DNA from: Antedon mediterranea
Taxonomy: Eukaryota; Animalia; Echinodermata
NCBI RefSeq assembly: GCF_964355755.1
Contig: NC_092673.1
Span: 8,928,001-8,992,000 of the forward strand
Direction: 5' to 3'
Length of the DNA: 64,000 bases
How positions within the stretch are numbered: the first letter of the stretch is position 1; the number at the start of each line of letters is the position of its first letter. The position numbers and the translations under genes are program-made. The notes under the pieces are model-generated. The model made no database searches, had not been told where the DNA came from, and saw only the letters and a list, made by a program, of their open reading frames with translations. Positions 47,849-61,337 of the stretch are shown here, in pieces.

Positions 47849-48974
47849 GTAAGTTCATTCATTTACTTTGTGAGAAGATAGAATATTGTAGCGAAAAGTA
47901 TTGTATCGGTCTATAATGCTCTGATTTATAACTGTGTGTCGTGGTGAAACGACGATGGTTGAAGACTCTTTCTAATTAATAATAAATAAACCTTCCTCAA
48001 CCAGGCTAGAAGTTGAGCCGCCGCCAGAAAAACGTTATTTTCTATGAAACGCAAATTGCGCGCTATCGGCGGTGCTCGATCGTTGTTGGCCTAGTATTAG
48101 TAGGCCTACTAGTGTGTTACTGAAAAGAGCCCATTCTTTTTTACTAAGGCGGGCTATAACTATTTTAATTCATAAAATTGTTTTTAGTTGGTGTACATAA
48201 AATAGACCAATGCCTTTTAGTTCTGGCCTAAACAACAAGGACAACCTTGAAATGGATTGTTGTTATCCGCCTCGTGGGCCAAAATGTGGGCGTAACCATT
48301 ACTGGCCAATGGAATTGCTTCAGTCCACGACCATACTGCATGCTGGTTGTTATTACGTCATCAGACTTGTTTCATAGAAAGTATTGGAATTCTTTAGCTG
48401 GATGAATAGAGAATTGAATCGCCCAACTTGCGTCATTTCCCTTGCATTGTTTAGGTATTATATAGATTTATTGTCCCCCCCCCCCCTGAAACAGTCATTC
48501 TCAGGGAAAATTTTCATTTAAAAATTTTGTTTAGCAATATTGCTAATAAAACTGATTTTTAAGTCGAGAAACATAGTTTTGTATTGTATTTTTTGCTACA
48601 CAATTTTCAAAATGTGTAGCAATAAGGTTGTTTTGTATAGCTTTTTGCTACGCTACACTGGCGAAAATGTTCCCTGATTCTTGTTAAATAGGCCTATCCC
48701 ATTTTAATGTTGCATATGCCTAGGGTTATCCAAAAATTGGAAAAAAAAAGATTTGAATAGGTTATTTTGTAGCCCTAACTTAACTTAAAAGTTAAATCAC
48801 TGGCACTGTAATAGAATTAGAAACTTTAGTTAATTCAAACAAAAACTATATTAATTAATCAAAAACATTTTCATGTTTTTGGGTACAATGCATTTGGAAT
48901 TCCCAACATTTTAACCAGTCAAATTATTTTATTACAGAATTTTAGGTGCAAATAAAAGATACTAAAAACTAAAA

Positions 48975-51006
48975 ATGGTTGACTACTCGGCAAAGTTAGA
49001 CAAAACAATTATGGACAGGTATATGGATTTGGACACGGGTGGTTGTGTTCAGGCCATGTATGTATGGATTGATGGATCCGGTGAGGGATTAAGAGCAAAA
49101 ACAAAAACAGTTGACTTTGAACCACAATCACCATCAGGTACACTTTAGAGATTTTTATTTTTTTTATTAAAGTATTGCTACATATACTTTGCCATGAAAA
49201 ATCGGTACCTTGTTAGTTGTTTTTATATACAGTATTGTGAAGTACATTTCAAATTTTTATAATTTGACAAAGTTATTTTGTATCTTGTACACATTCTTTT
49301 TACTAGATCTACCAGTATGGAACTATGACGGGTCAAGTACAGCACAATCTGAAGGCAGTAACAGTGATATGTATTTACATCCAGTAGCAATATTTAAAGA
49401 CCCATTTAGAAGAGGAAACAATAAATTAGTAATGTGCGATTCTTACAAGTATGATCAAAGACCAGCAGGTAGGTTTCATCTATCTTATACTGAGGAGATA
49501 GATAGATGTTTCAAAATCATTATTGCCATCATTTTTGGGGTTATTTGTAATAGAATTACCTGAACTTTCCCAACGCATTGCTGTGCATTCCAAATTACAA
49601 CTTTTGAAATCTTATTCCAACAGAAACAAACTTTAGGAAAACATGTGCAGAAGTAATGGAAAGAGCAAAAGCTAGTCATCCATGGTTTGGTATTGAGCAG
49701 GAATACACATTGTTGTGTCAGGATAAGCATCCATTTGGATGGCCTAAGCTTGGCTATCCAGGACCACAAGGTAAATAAAACGTATTAAATGACTGTGGAT
49801 AGACTGAACAGTGCTGCAAAACTTACTAATTGTAAAATGTAGGACAATTGTGCATTGAATTGACGAAACTGAATTGCTTAATTTTAGGACCCTACTACTG
49901 TGGTGTTGGTGCCAACAAAGTTTTTGGAAGAGATATAGTAGAAGCTCATTACCGTGCTTGTATGTATGCTGGTATTAAGATTGCTGGATCCAATGCAGAG
50001 GTGATGCCAGCCCAATGGGAGTATCAAGTAGGGCCATGTGAAGGCATTGAAATGGGTGATCATCTGTGGATGTCCAGGTTTATCTTGCACAGAGTGTGTG
50101 AAGATTTTGGTGTTGTTGCTTCATTAGATCCCAAACCAATGCCAGGTGATTGGAATGGTGCCGGTGCTCACTGCAATTTTAGTACACTTGCTATGAGGGA
50201 AAAAGGTGGAATGAAGTGAGTCATTTTTATGAATAAAAATATCAATATTCAGTCACATATGTTTTATTTTCTATTACAATAAAATTAACTGGATTGGTAG
50301 AAATAGCATCGCAGGATATCTTGGAGGCATGTTATATCTACTGAGTAATTTGTAGTTCTATAAAATCTTGAGGAATATCTTAGGATCACTTTCTTTAATA
50401 TATTGCAACCACCCATTTTACAAAAATCCGTATCTCTTTTTAGACACATTCTTGATGCTGTTGAAAAACTTGAAAAGAGACATGATGACCACATTCGTGC
50501 CTATGATCCAAACAATGGAGAAGACAATGCAAGACGGTTAACAGGTTTTCATGAGACGTCTAGTATTGATGAATTTTCATCTGGTATTGCTAACAGAGCT
50601 GCAAGTATACGTATCCCTCGCCAGGTATGTTTATCTCAAATTGTCTAAAATATTTCAAACTTATTAATAATTATAATATGCATAATATTACATTGTCCAA
50701 TCAATATTCTGTCGTGTCGTGTGGGTAATAATCATGGAATAGTTAGATACAGAGTTGAGCTTTGTTTTTGTCAGAAGAACTGATAAAAAAAACCGAATTG
50801 TATACTAAATGGGTCTTTCCTTACTACCAAATTTACTATAAGGAGACTACTGTATTCCATGTTATACTGTTTTTAATTTCTATTTGTAGGTTGGTGATAC
50901 AGGTTGTGGCTATTTAGAAGACAGAAGGCCATCATCTAACTGTGATCCGTACAGAGTTACTGAAGCAATTGTGAGGACAACGGTGCTTAATGATTGGAAC
51001 AACTAA
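48975..51006 (+). CDS. GLUL: Glutamine synthetase type II (365 aa), 6 coding exons
   Basis: Exons 48975-49137, 49307-49468, 49624-49770, 49888-50215, 50444-50624, 50890-51006 (1098 nt). Motifs [81 protein letters not shown] at 51217. Confidence 0.96.
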
Positions 51007-52154
51007 ACGCTCCTTCTCCACAATATTAATATAATTTATGATAGGAACAATTCTAGTCATTGATTTTATGGTCACAAGTTTCACATTTTCACTTAAAATT
51101 AAAGTCATTACTGTTTCTATGAAATCATTTTAATTCATTTAAATGTAATTATTTGTTAATGTTAAATTGTTATCCTTATGGGTTATTCTTTTACTGTCTT
51201 TATGTATAGATCTTGAAATAAAGTAAATAAGTATTTTTAATTTTGTATTTATGTCTGGATTGATTGAAAACTGCTAAAACATAGCGTTGAGTAAGCTATT
51301 AATATTTAGGAGTTTCATGAAAACAAACCGAGTTTCATGAAAACAAACCGATATCATAAATTCTGCCTACCGGTAATTTTTTTTGATTTAACTTAAACTT
51401 AAATACATATATACATTTTTTATTTATAATATTATCCACATTAGTGCTGTTCACATCGAACTATGGCTAATTAATTTAACCATGGATATAGCGCCATGAT
51501 TTTTGACTGATTATCTATATGATCTTGCCATTTTTTTTTTTTCTGGACAGTTATTATCCAGAAGTAAATCCAAGGATAGCCAGTTATTTTAGGAGGGTAG
51601 TCCAACCCATCAGGTGGTCTTCGGCCACATATGCACCAAACGAAATTGAAGAATTTGTTAACACAGTATTGACCAGTATTATGGTCATTTTTTTCATATG
51701 TAACATTTGAATTGCAAAAAATAATGGTTATTCTTCTTCTATATGTACCCCTAAAAATTAAATTAACTGAGGTCTAATAGATTTTAAGAGAAGATGGTAG
51801 ACCTACAATATTTACTATACTGAAAAGTTGAATACATTTAACCAGCATACCAAGTTTTTATGAAATTGAACTACGACGTAATTTGAATGGGATTTCTCGA
51901 GGTTAGTAGAAAATTCTTTGCATGTATACCCATGGAACTATAATATAAGATAGTTCCATGGTATTCTTTAATCCATGGGGGTATACGAGGTATACCCAAC
52001 AATTGACAAAAGAGGGCACTGTTTTCATAACAACTTAGTTCTGGCTGCGACACGTGTGTCGGAGAGAGAGAACAATAAAATAAACAGCAACACTAGAGAG
52101 AGTCTAGTATATATACTAATTACTATACTAGGCCTAGTCCATAGAGTCAGAATA

Positions 52155-55100
52155 ATGGAAAGAATGTCAACACAAATAGACATTGAATATACAAAGGTTT
52201 TGGAAGAAAATGGCGTAAAATTACGAGTCAGCCAAGATCACAATATTCCAGAAAAGTCTGACGTGTTTTTCAATCCAAAAATTAAAATCAATAGGTAGGT
52301 CTATAGTATAGGCTAGGCCTCCCTCCCTGCTAGGTTAACCTGCTATGGTTATCCCTAACGGGCTAAACCTACCTTACAATATGCTAGGCGATTAGTAGAG
52401 GTAGTACAGTTTAGTATAGGTCCTTTTAGTAGTACTAGTATAGGGCTTAGCCACCTAGTAAAATAGCCTAGCTAGCTTGTTGTAGGCCTTCTTTAGTTAT
52501 GCCTCCTACTAAGTATAATCATATTAAACGAACAGACAATTCAGTAGGCCCTAGGCCTAGACTATATAAATAAGAAATGTGAAATATGCTGTGGCTAAAG
52601 ATACAATACCGTATCCTAACTTCCGATTGCTAAAGGTACGGTAAACTTGCATTACGTCATAATCAGCCAATGGGTGCTGGTACGCGTGTGACATCATTGT
52701 ATAAGGATTATTTTCATATCGGCGATAATAGATAGTGTGATAAATGTTACCATATTACACTAACAAAAACGAAAAAACCCTTCTGAACAATAAATGCCCC
52801 GGGCATTTATTAGGATGAATTCGGTAAGTTACTTCTAGCATTCCGAAAAGAATTCGGTTTTGTTGTCGACGTTTCTATCAAAATGTTTGATCATCCTCGG
52901 GGGTCAAAAATACTTCCTAGCATTATTATAAGCAAAAATACAATTAAGGATTTGTTTTAAATCCTATAATGAAACAATAAAGCATAAGTTATTGCATAAA
53001 ATTACTGTCCAAGGATAAGTTGTTTGAAACAATAACATTAGTAATAGTAATTAATAGTATTTCTGGTTATCTTTTAACCAAATTTTCTATTCGAATGAAT
53101 GTAAATATGTATATTTCGAACAATTTGATACCAAATTTAAGTTTCTACGACCAGTACTTACAGAGATATAAAGATGCCCTGGTATGTGGGTCAAAGGTCA
53201 GAAAGGCATTTCTGATAATTTTAAACTAAAATTCCCTATTAGACAGAATATGAATGCATGCCTTCTGAACATTTTGAGACCAACATTGACTTGCTGCGAC
53301 CAGTGGTTGCCGAGGTACATAGCTATTTATATTTGTTCATATAACCCTTGACCCTGACTCTTTGACCTTTTGTAACATTTTTCAAAATGTGTAACAAATA
53401 ACAAAATGTATATTTCGAACAGTTTAAGACCCAATTCAAGCGTTTACGACCAGTAGTTACGGAGATACATACATGCCCCTGGTTGTGGGTCAAAGGTAAG
53501 AAATGGCATTTCCGGTCATTTTTTACTAAAATGTCTCATTAGAATGAATATAAATGTATACCTTCTGATCAATTTGAGACCAAAATTAATTTGCTGTGAC
53601 CAGTGGTTGTCGAGATTTAAGGACATGTTGGTGTTTGGTATTATAACCTTTCACCCTGACCTTTTGACCTTTTGCCACATTTTCAAAATGTGTAACCAAG
53701 CCAAAATTGATTGTTTGACCACCCTAAACCAATTTCTGAAGTCAAATTCTCTGGACCTCAAAGTGCATACGAAAGTTGATCTAGCTACTAGAGTATACAT
53801 GTTTTCAGATTCTTTGGAAGCCGAATTTTCATTCCCAATGTGTTTTTAAGGGCTTGACCAAGTCATTTTTGCGTAATTAACGTAATTAAAAAAACTACCC
53901 ACTTGAGCCAAGTGGGAAATTTTTACTTTCTAGGGAGTCAATCAATTGGCGCATGCGCGACCTTTTGGCTTTCTTTACTCGATCGCCTCCTCTCCTACAA
54001 ACCTCCGCGAGCGCTCGACTCGATCGATCTCTCTCGATCCTCGACTCGATAAACTAGGATATAAAATACATACGAATAATTAATCTATTAAGATTAATTA
54101 AGATTGTTTTGCGGTGGTTATTTGAGAAGATAGACGGATCAAACTGCAATGTTTAATCGTAGGCCTAAGACCAGAAAGACATGGTTATGCGTTGGAACCA
54201 GAACCTAGGCCTAGGCCCATACAATCATCACAAACTACCGACGGCGAAGATGTAGCGAGGCCTAGGCCCCAGCAACAGAGAAACGAATAGAGATTAACCT
54301 CACTTGATTAGTATCTCTATGTGACTTGTTATGGCACTTATATACCATACAGTGTTTCATTTTTTAGCTAAGAGTAGACATAAAAAGTAATGTTGGATGT
54401 GGATAATGAGTAGGAAGACGAAAATGATACACTTGTAGTATAGTAGTAGGTAGAGCGCGTTTTTTCAGCTACTCGAGCGATCCGCCGCGACGAGAAAGGA
54501 GACGTGACGTAACATAACGTGGTAACGTGACCTTTACAACTAAGGTCATTACCTAACTGCTAAAAAAATATACAGTGATTTTTCGATATTTTTGCACATT
54601 TTTTTATTTTTCTGATTTCTCAGAAACTGCTTATTTTGATATGATTTTTTATGTTTGTACCTACTAATATTAATATACTGAAGTAAATAACAGAAGGAAA
54701 AGCCCTGACTACACCTCCGCTTTAATGTATGTTCATATTTTAACGTCAAAGTGACGAGTTCAAATCAAGTTAATTGTAAAATTTACTGTAAAATGTTCTT
54801 TTAGCCTACATCACTGTTTGATTAAAAAAAGTTCACCGCCTAAAATCCATAAAAAAATGCACTACAGTCCAATCCAGTTTTTGACAAACATTAAATCATG
54901 TGTATTTAGTAATTCGATGATGATTTCATCATCAGTCACATGATTACAGAATACATGATTATCAATTTAGGATTTAAATAAAAAAAAAATTTTGACTGAC
55001 AGTCGAAATAGTAAACACCCCATAATTAATGGACTCTTATCAATTTCTCACAGGAGAAAGTTTCTACACGGCACTTATCACAAGGTCCTGAGTGATGGGT

Positions 55101-57607
55101 TTTTTGAGCTGTTTACTAGAGATATGTTGTATAATTACTCTGCACTTTTAATGGACACATCGCTTACACAACTTTTTACTGATTTACAGCAATGGGCAAA
55201 TGATTCATCAAGCAAGTAGAATCATAGATAAGTTGAATACAGATTCACCTAAGAAATAAGTTATTCATTTTCAAACGCCCACCATTGATTGAGACCAGCA
55301 TCATGTTTCTCACAATCGGAAATTTCCTGAATATATTGGGGCGCGTAGAAACGCCCACCATTGATTGAGACCAGCATCATGCTTCTCACGATAGGAAATT
55401 TAGGAGACGGCGGACCATGACTGAGCCGTCGTAGATGGTTTAGGGCTTCACACTGTCTTTTCTGCCTTAATATGACATATGCCAACGTGGTGGTAAAGTT
55501 CTTTTCATGTTCAACAATATAATTATCAAACCATTTTGGATTTGTTTGTTTGTGTGTGTGTTTATTTTTATTAATTTACTTTTTTTTTACTTCAATGGTT
55601 TTTGATATTTTTCAATTTTTTTTGTGGAAGCTTTGTTGTCTTTTTGGCTACTTTTGTAATTAAATTGTGGTCTAGTTTTTATTTTTCGCTTTAAGTAGTG
55701 ATATAATTATTATTTACACATTTTGCGGATTCGAACTCGAATTTACTAATTACATTATGTTCCAAGAATAGGTGTAATTAATTAAAACTTCAACAACGCG
55801 ATCAGTCGATATGATTGGTCTGCTGCCGAGATTTAACACTGTTTCAACTTGGCGGCACGGCGTGTTATTTGTAGATCCGGCCATTGTGGTACACAACAGA
55901 GGAAACCATAAATTTTTCATGAAAAACTATGAGATATCTGATACATATGATACAGTATGTTAATTGTGGGGATGTAAGTACATGAGAAAAGTGTAAATTA
56001 TGATTTCATGAAAATGCAACCAATTCAATAAGTGATTGTAAAGGTGTCTGTTTATTTCTTGAACTAATTTAACCAGCGTTTTAAGACACACTTACACTTT
56101 CAATTCTCCATGGTTCTTGAGTCCAGATCAATTGATCATTGTGGTATATCTATTTATTGTTTTTTCCTGCAAAACTTGACTACTTACAACTAAGACTTCT
56201 ACAAATTGAGTAATGATAGTGGATATTTTGTTATTTTCTTAGGGAACTTGTTCTATGTGGGTTGTCTGTATTTCTAGATCAGCATAAGGAATATGCAAAA
56301 CATCCTGCACAATGCTTAGATGCATTTGCATCATCAGGTGAGTATTAATACTACATTTTTATACTGTCATCAAGTGATTTATGATTATATCATAATGAAA
56401 ATAGAACAAACAAATGGAATAAATAAAATAAAATAAAAGGAAGCTTAACCAGAAAAAAAATTATGAATTTAGAATAGATATTAGATAAAATAGAGTGGTG
56501 AGCATGTTTTTATTTTAAAATATTACCCTGTACAGCTAAAATAGCTAAATAATGCTATTACAGAGGGATCACATACAGCGATAAATAAACTGTATAAAAA
56601 CTACTGTAGTGCGTTCTATAAGGAAAATTAATTTGTCAAAAGATTATATATATTATTATACTGAAGTCTACCACTACCAATTTAAAAAAAAAAAGATCAA
56701 ACAATCAAAATGATAAATCTCCATGGTTATGACTTTTTTTAAATTAAATATACTTTTAAACATAATATAAGGTAAGACAGTCTGAGTGGAACTTGCCTTT
56801 AAAATATCAGCTTTGAATTGATTTTGATGATTTTTTGTTGTACATAGGTGCTCTTGGGATACAATGGCAAAAACATTTAAAACACCAGAAACGTATAATA
56901 CTAAATGACATCAAACCAACTGCTGTTCAAAATATTTATTTTAACTGCCAACAAAATCAAATTAAGTATTCCACTGCTGATCAAATGATGGAATGTAGAA
57001 CACTAGGATCACTGATTGAGGGAAATAGAAAATCCAAAGAAAGTTGTGATACCCGCTCTGATGGTGAAATGGAAGAATCACATTTGATAGATGATGGTGG
57101 AAAGCCAGACATGGAAGACAATAGTGTAGAGGTTATATGTCAGGATGCCGGTATACTTCTTTTGCAAAGAGCATTTGACTTCATGTAATGTCAAATAAAA
57201 AGTGACAAATTTTTATAAGTACTACTTATTGGTTAATAAGCCTTTAGACTTGCCATATATTGCCCAAACAACAGATAATGAGATCGGGATCCATCAGATG
57301 ATTCAGATTCCTACACACAAATGTCATAGTAAAAACATATATGTACTAAATCGGAAAATGTGTGTAAAGTACTTTTATTGTTCTTTTTATCTAGTCATTT
57401 GGATCCATTTGGTACATCAGTGCATTATCTAGAGTCTGCATTTCGTAATACACCAAATAAGGGTATAGTGTCAATCACGTCAACAGACTTGGCCTCGGTG
57501 TACGGCAGATGCCCAAAAATGACAATGCGTCACTATTCAGCGAACGTTATAAGGAATGAGTATTATCGTGAACTGGCTGCGAGACTCATACTTGGAGCTG
57601 TAGCTAG
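52155..57607 (+). CDS. TRMT1L: tRNA (guanine-N2)-dimethyltransferase-like protein TRMT1L, first 4 coding exons, 3'-incomplete
   Basis: Exons 52155-52294, 56243-56337, 56848-57184, 57395-57607 in frame. Peptides [80 protein letters not shown] resemble the TRMT1L branch of Trm1 methyltransferases. Confidence 0.88.
53103..53705. repeat. Diverged two-copy tandem repeat of about 300 bp in TRMT1L intron 1
   Basis: aatgtatatttcgaaca...gggtcaaagg...gaccagtggttg...ttttcaaaatgtgtaac occurs twice; related sequence at about 36550-36700. Confidence 0.7.
55272..55402. repeat. Direct repeat with about 77-bp period
   Basis: aaacgcccaccattgattgagaccagcatcatg.ttctcac.at.ggaaattt occurs twice. Confidence 0.75.
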
Positions 57608-58390
57608 GTAAGGAAATGAAAAAATTTAAAATAGAATTGTTTCCCACCAAGATACATTATGGGTCTGAAGTATACCAACCTGAACACCCACAATTATACC
57701 AGAGGAATAAACTTTAATATTCATGAGGTATATCAATTGTAAATATGAAATATCGGTAGAATGCATAGCCAGGACTATTGAAGAGCAATAGGAAAGTTGC
57801 AACTAGGGTAAAAAAAAAGGAAAACGCGTCCAAAATAATGATCAAAATCCTGTCAAAAACTAGTCTATGTTTGGTTTGGGGGTCTGCGCAGTGCATTCAC
57901 AAAGATGTGTGAATCCATGGAAATGTATGTATGCAATGTTTAAAATAGTATGAAAACATGCTGTAATTTCCTATTTATTTATTTTGTCCATTTTTAAAAT
58001 TGCAAATTAGTGTATGTGCATGCATGAATGGCGCTATGCATTTTTTTTCAATTCTTGTATGATATATAACCTGAAGTGTATGATCCCTAAACACAGTGTA
58101 TTAATATTATGATTTCCGTAAAGATATAACTAAAAGTGAAATAAATAGAATGATAAGAGATGAACTAAGATGACTTTAATATTTATTCACTACAAGCTTG
58201 TTTCGTATGGCCAGCAAAGCTTGTCACACTCTTCAATCAGGTAAATTACAAAATAAGTTTTTCTCCAACACTACAGTTAATGAATGACCAGGAAGTTATG
58301 TTGTTTATATTTTTAAAAGGTCTATTGTTTACTAATGTGCTGCATATTGTTAATTAAATATTTCTTTTTGTCATGCCTACATATTGAAAC

Positions 58391-58434
58391 CAGGGAAGAG
58401 TTAAATTACTCTTAATTAATTTAACTCTTCCCTG
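58391..58434. mobile_element. 44-bp hairpin insertion with 7-bp TSD (P/Galileo-type footprint)
   Basis: TTGAAAC|CAGGGAAGAGTTAAATTA-ctcttaat-TAATTTAACTCTTCCCTG|TTGAAAC; perfect 18-bp stem. Confidence 0.7.
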
Positions 58435-60256
58435 TTGAAACTAAAGTAGGCTATTTTTGCTGTTGAGAGAGCAGTAGCTCAGGACAGAGGAGCTATAATA
58501 GATAAAAAATAAACATGATTTTAATAATGTTTTGTACATTTTTAACTAAATCGCGCGCAAATTGTTCAATTCAACGTGCTCGTATGATGTCATTTCAAGT
58601 CCACAAATACCATGGCTTCTATAATGTGTAATCCCTCAGTCACTAAAATAAAGTACTTGTTGGGTTATGATGACCGTCCAATTGCAATTAAATATGGCTG
58701 TCGGTATTGCAAAGTTTAGTCCTGAACATCTGTTGCATCCTGTAAGAATAACAAATGCGCTGTTATTTATCACAAAATATTGGATAAATATACGCATCTC
58801 TAGTAGTGGTACTGAACTATTAGACCGGGCGCCCGGAAGATTTATTCATGTGAAAAGATACAAAAGGTTTGATGATGTAGTTAGGTGCGTATTAGGGCGA
58901 GATGCAATATTCGATATTGCTGCCGGGTCACAGCCTGTACAAGGGGCCTGTGGGGATCATAACATAGGGGGGTAAAAATGCATTTATTCATGTGAAGCGA
59001 TACAAGGATAAACTTTTTTGGATATCATTCGCAGTGGGCTACTAATGATTACATCACCAATGACAGCAACTTTATCCTGTACGGGGCGCCAAACAGCAAC
59101 ATTTTAGGGCCACGCCCAAATGGGTTTATTCATGTGAAGCGATACAAGGTTGAATCTTTTTTTAATGGCAGCAGTACATATTGGGGATGACAAAAACACC
59201 AATGACAGCAACTTTATCCTGTACATAAGCTCAGACAGCAGCCCTAAAGGTCCGCAGATTCCCCCTATTATTCGACTATATACTCGGCGCGTATCATGGC
59301 GTTCAGCTGAGTTAGAAATACGTGATAGTAGATACGGACTCGGACTGACAATAAATACACAGCAGAATGATAAAACAATAAATAAAGAGAGCAGTTGTTT
59401 CCTGTACCAAATCATCAAACATCAAACTCTTAGGAACTCGCCCAAAATGGGTTTATCCATGAAGTGTGTAATCATTTTTGAAAAAATGGGTTTTTTTTTA
59501 ACTTTTTCCGGTACACAGCAGCTCAAATACCCGAGGATTCGTGATCAACAATGTTGATAATACAAACACATTCACGATAACGAGTGACTTTTAGGCCTAT
59601 TTTATAATTGAAATATATCTTTATTTTGGAATAATAAATAACACCAACAAAAACACTTAAAATAACCAAAAGCAGATTTGTATTTTAGGGTATCATTTTG
59701 AACAATCAATATTATATCAAAATCATTATTTCACAACACAAAATAATATAATTTAAGAATATTTTTCAGATAAACTAATTAATAATTACACTCATAATGA
59801 TCGACACCGGTACCGATTATTGTGCATTATTATTACTAGAGGGTGAGCTCGCTTCGCTCGCTCTCCCGGCCCTCTAGGAAGTGTAGACGATGGTTTTCGG
59901 AATGATAATGTTCTCCTTATACGTTTTCTGTCGGTTACCATTATTGAAAATGCTTGACATTCGTAAAACTAAACTACTTTGTTTCACAGTGTTTTAGATG
60001 ATTAATAACATTTTAAAGTACAGTTTTTATTGTTTGGTAGGGCCCTTTGGGGAGGCGGAGGTCATTTGAGGGAGGTGCTTATTCGAGGTATATATGTTAA
60101 ATTTTGTAGTTTTAAATGGTAACATTTATAATAAAATGAAATCCTCTAATAGATATGAAAAGTGCTAAAAAAGAATAACAAATGCTTGGTAAATTGTACA
60201 GTGTGTCGGTAGTTACACTGCATGTAAAATATTCGACCTGGGTTCAGTTAGAGAAA

Positions 60257-61050
60257 AATAATGTGCAATAATCAATACAGTAGTCGATCCATTGTGGATA
60301 AGTAACGATATTTAATTTTGTCCAGTATTATTAATGTTGCCTTTTATCAGATATCACTGTATAATGTTAATACAGTAACAATTTTAAATTTGACTTCGGC
60401 AGTTATAGTAAAATAATGTGCAATAATCGATACAGTAGTCGATCCATTATGGATAAGTAACGATATTTAATTTGGTCCTGAGTATGTTGCATTTTATCAG
60501 ATATCACTGTATAATGTTAGTGCAGTAACAATTTTAAAATTGACTTGGGCAGTTATAGTTAAATAATGTGCAATAATCGATACAGTAGTCGATCCATTAT
60601 AGATAAGTAACGATATTTAATTTGGTCCTGAGTATGTTGCATTTTATCAGATATCACTGTCTAATGTTAGTACAGTAACAATTTTAAATTTGACTTGGGC
60701 AGTTATAGTAAAATAATGTGCAGTAATCAATACAGTAGTCGATCCATTATGGATAAGTAACGATATTTAATTCGATTCAGTTTGTTGCGTTTTATCAGAT
60801 ATCACTTATGTTAGTTAGTAAATAATGTGCAATAACCAATACAGTTAGTCGATCCATTGTGGATAAGTAACGATATTTAATTTGGTTCAGTATTATTAAT
60901 ATTAATTAATGTTGCCTTTTATCAGATATCACTGTCTAATATTAGTACAGTAACAATTAAAAATTTGACTTTGTTTCAGTTAAAGTAAAACAATGTGCAG
61001 TAATCGATACAGTAGTCGATCCATTATGGACAAGTAACGATGTTTAAAAT
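60257..61050. repeat. Tandem repeat of about 150 bp, 5-6 units
   Basis: aataatgtgcaataatcgatacagtagtcgatccattatggataagtaacgata... recurs at about 60257, 60411, 60561, 60711, 60821 and 60989. Confidence 0.9.
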
Positions 61051-61337
61051 GTTGGCAGATTAAGTTATTTGTTGGGTTTTATCAGTCTAATTCACATGAA
61101 AACGGTTACTTTTTTTATTTAAATTGAATTAAAAATACAGTAATAGTGTGCAATCGATAGTCTAATCTATACCTTACCAATTCTCTAAGTGATTATGTTG
61201 AATTCGAACTATTATTTACTTTACTATTATGTTATGTTATGTAAAAAATGTTGCAAATTTAGATTTCATTGCCTTTTTTCATATAGACATATCACTAGTG
61301 TCTAGTGTGTAATTAAAACAATATTTAAATCGAGTTA

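Noticed and set aside
59104-59557. Mirror ORFs at 59104-59418 (-), 59150-59557 (+) and 63504-63815 (+)
   Set aside because: Explained by the inverted repeat; compensating indels alter the peptide between arms and no known motif is present.
60257-61050. Possible CRISPR-like array
   Set aside because: Whole units of about 150 bp repeat with no unique spacers; eukaryotic intron context and no cas genes.
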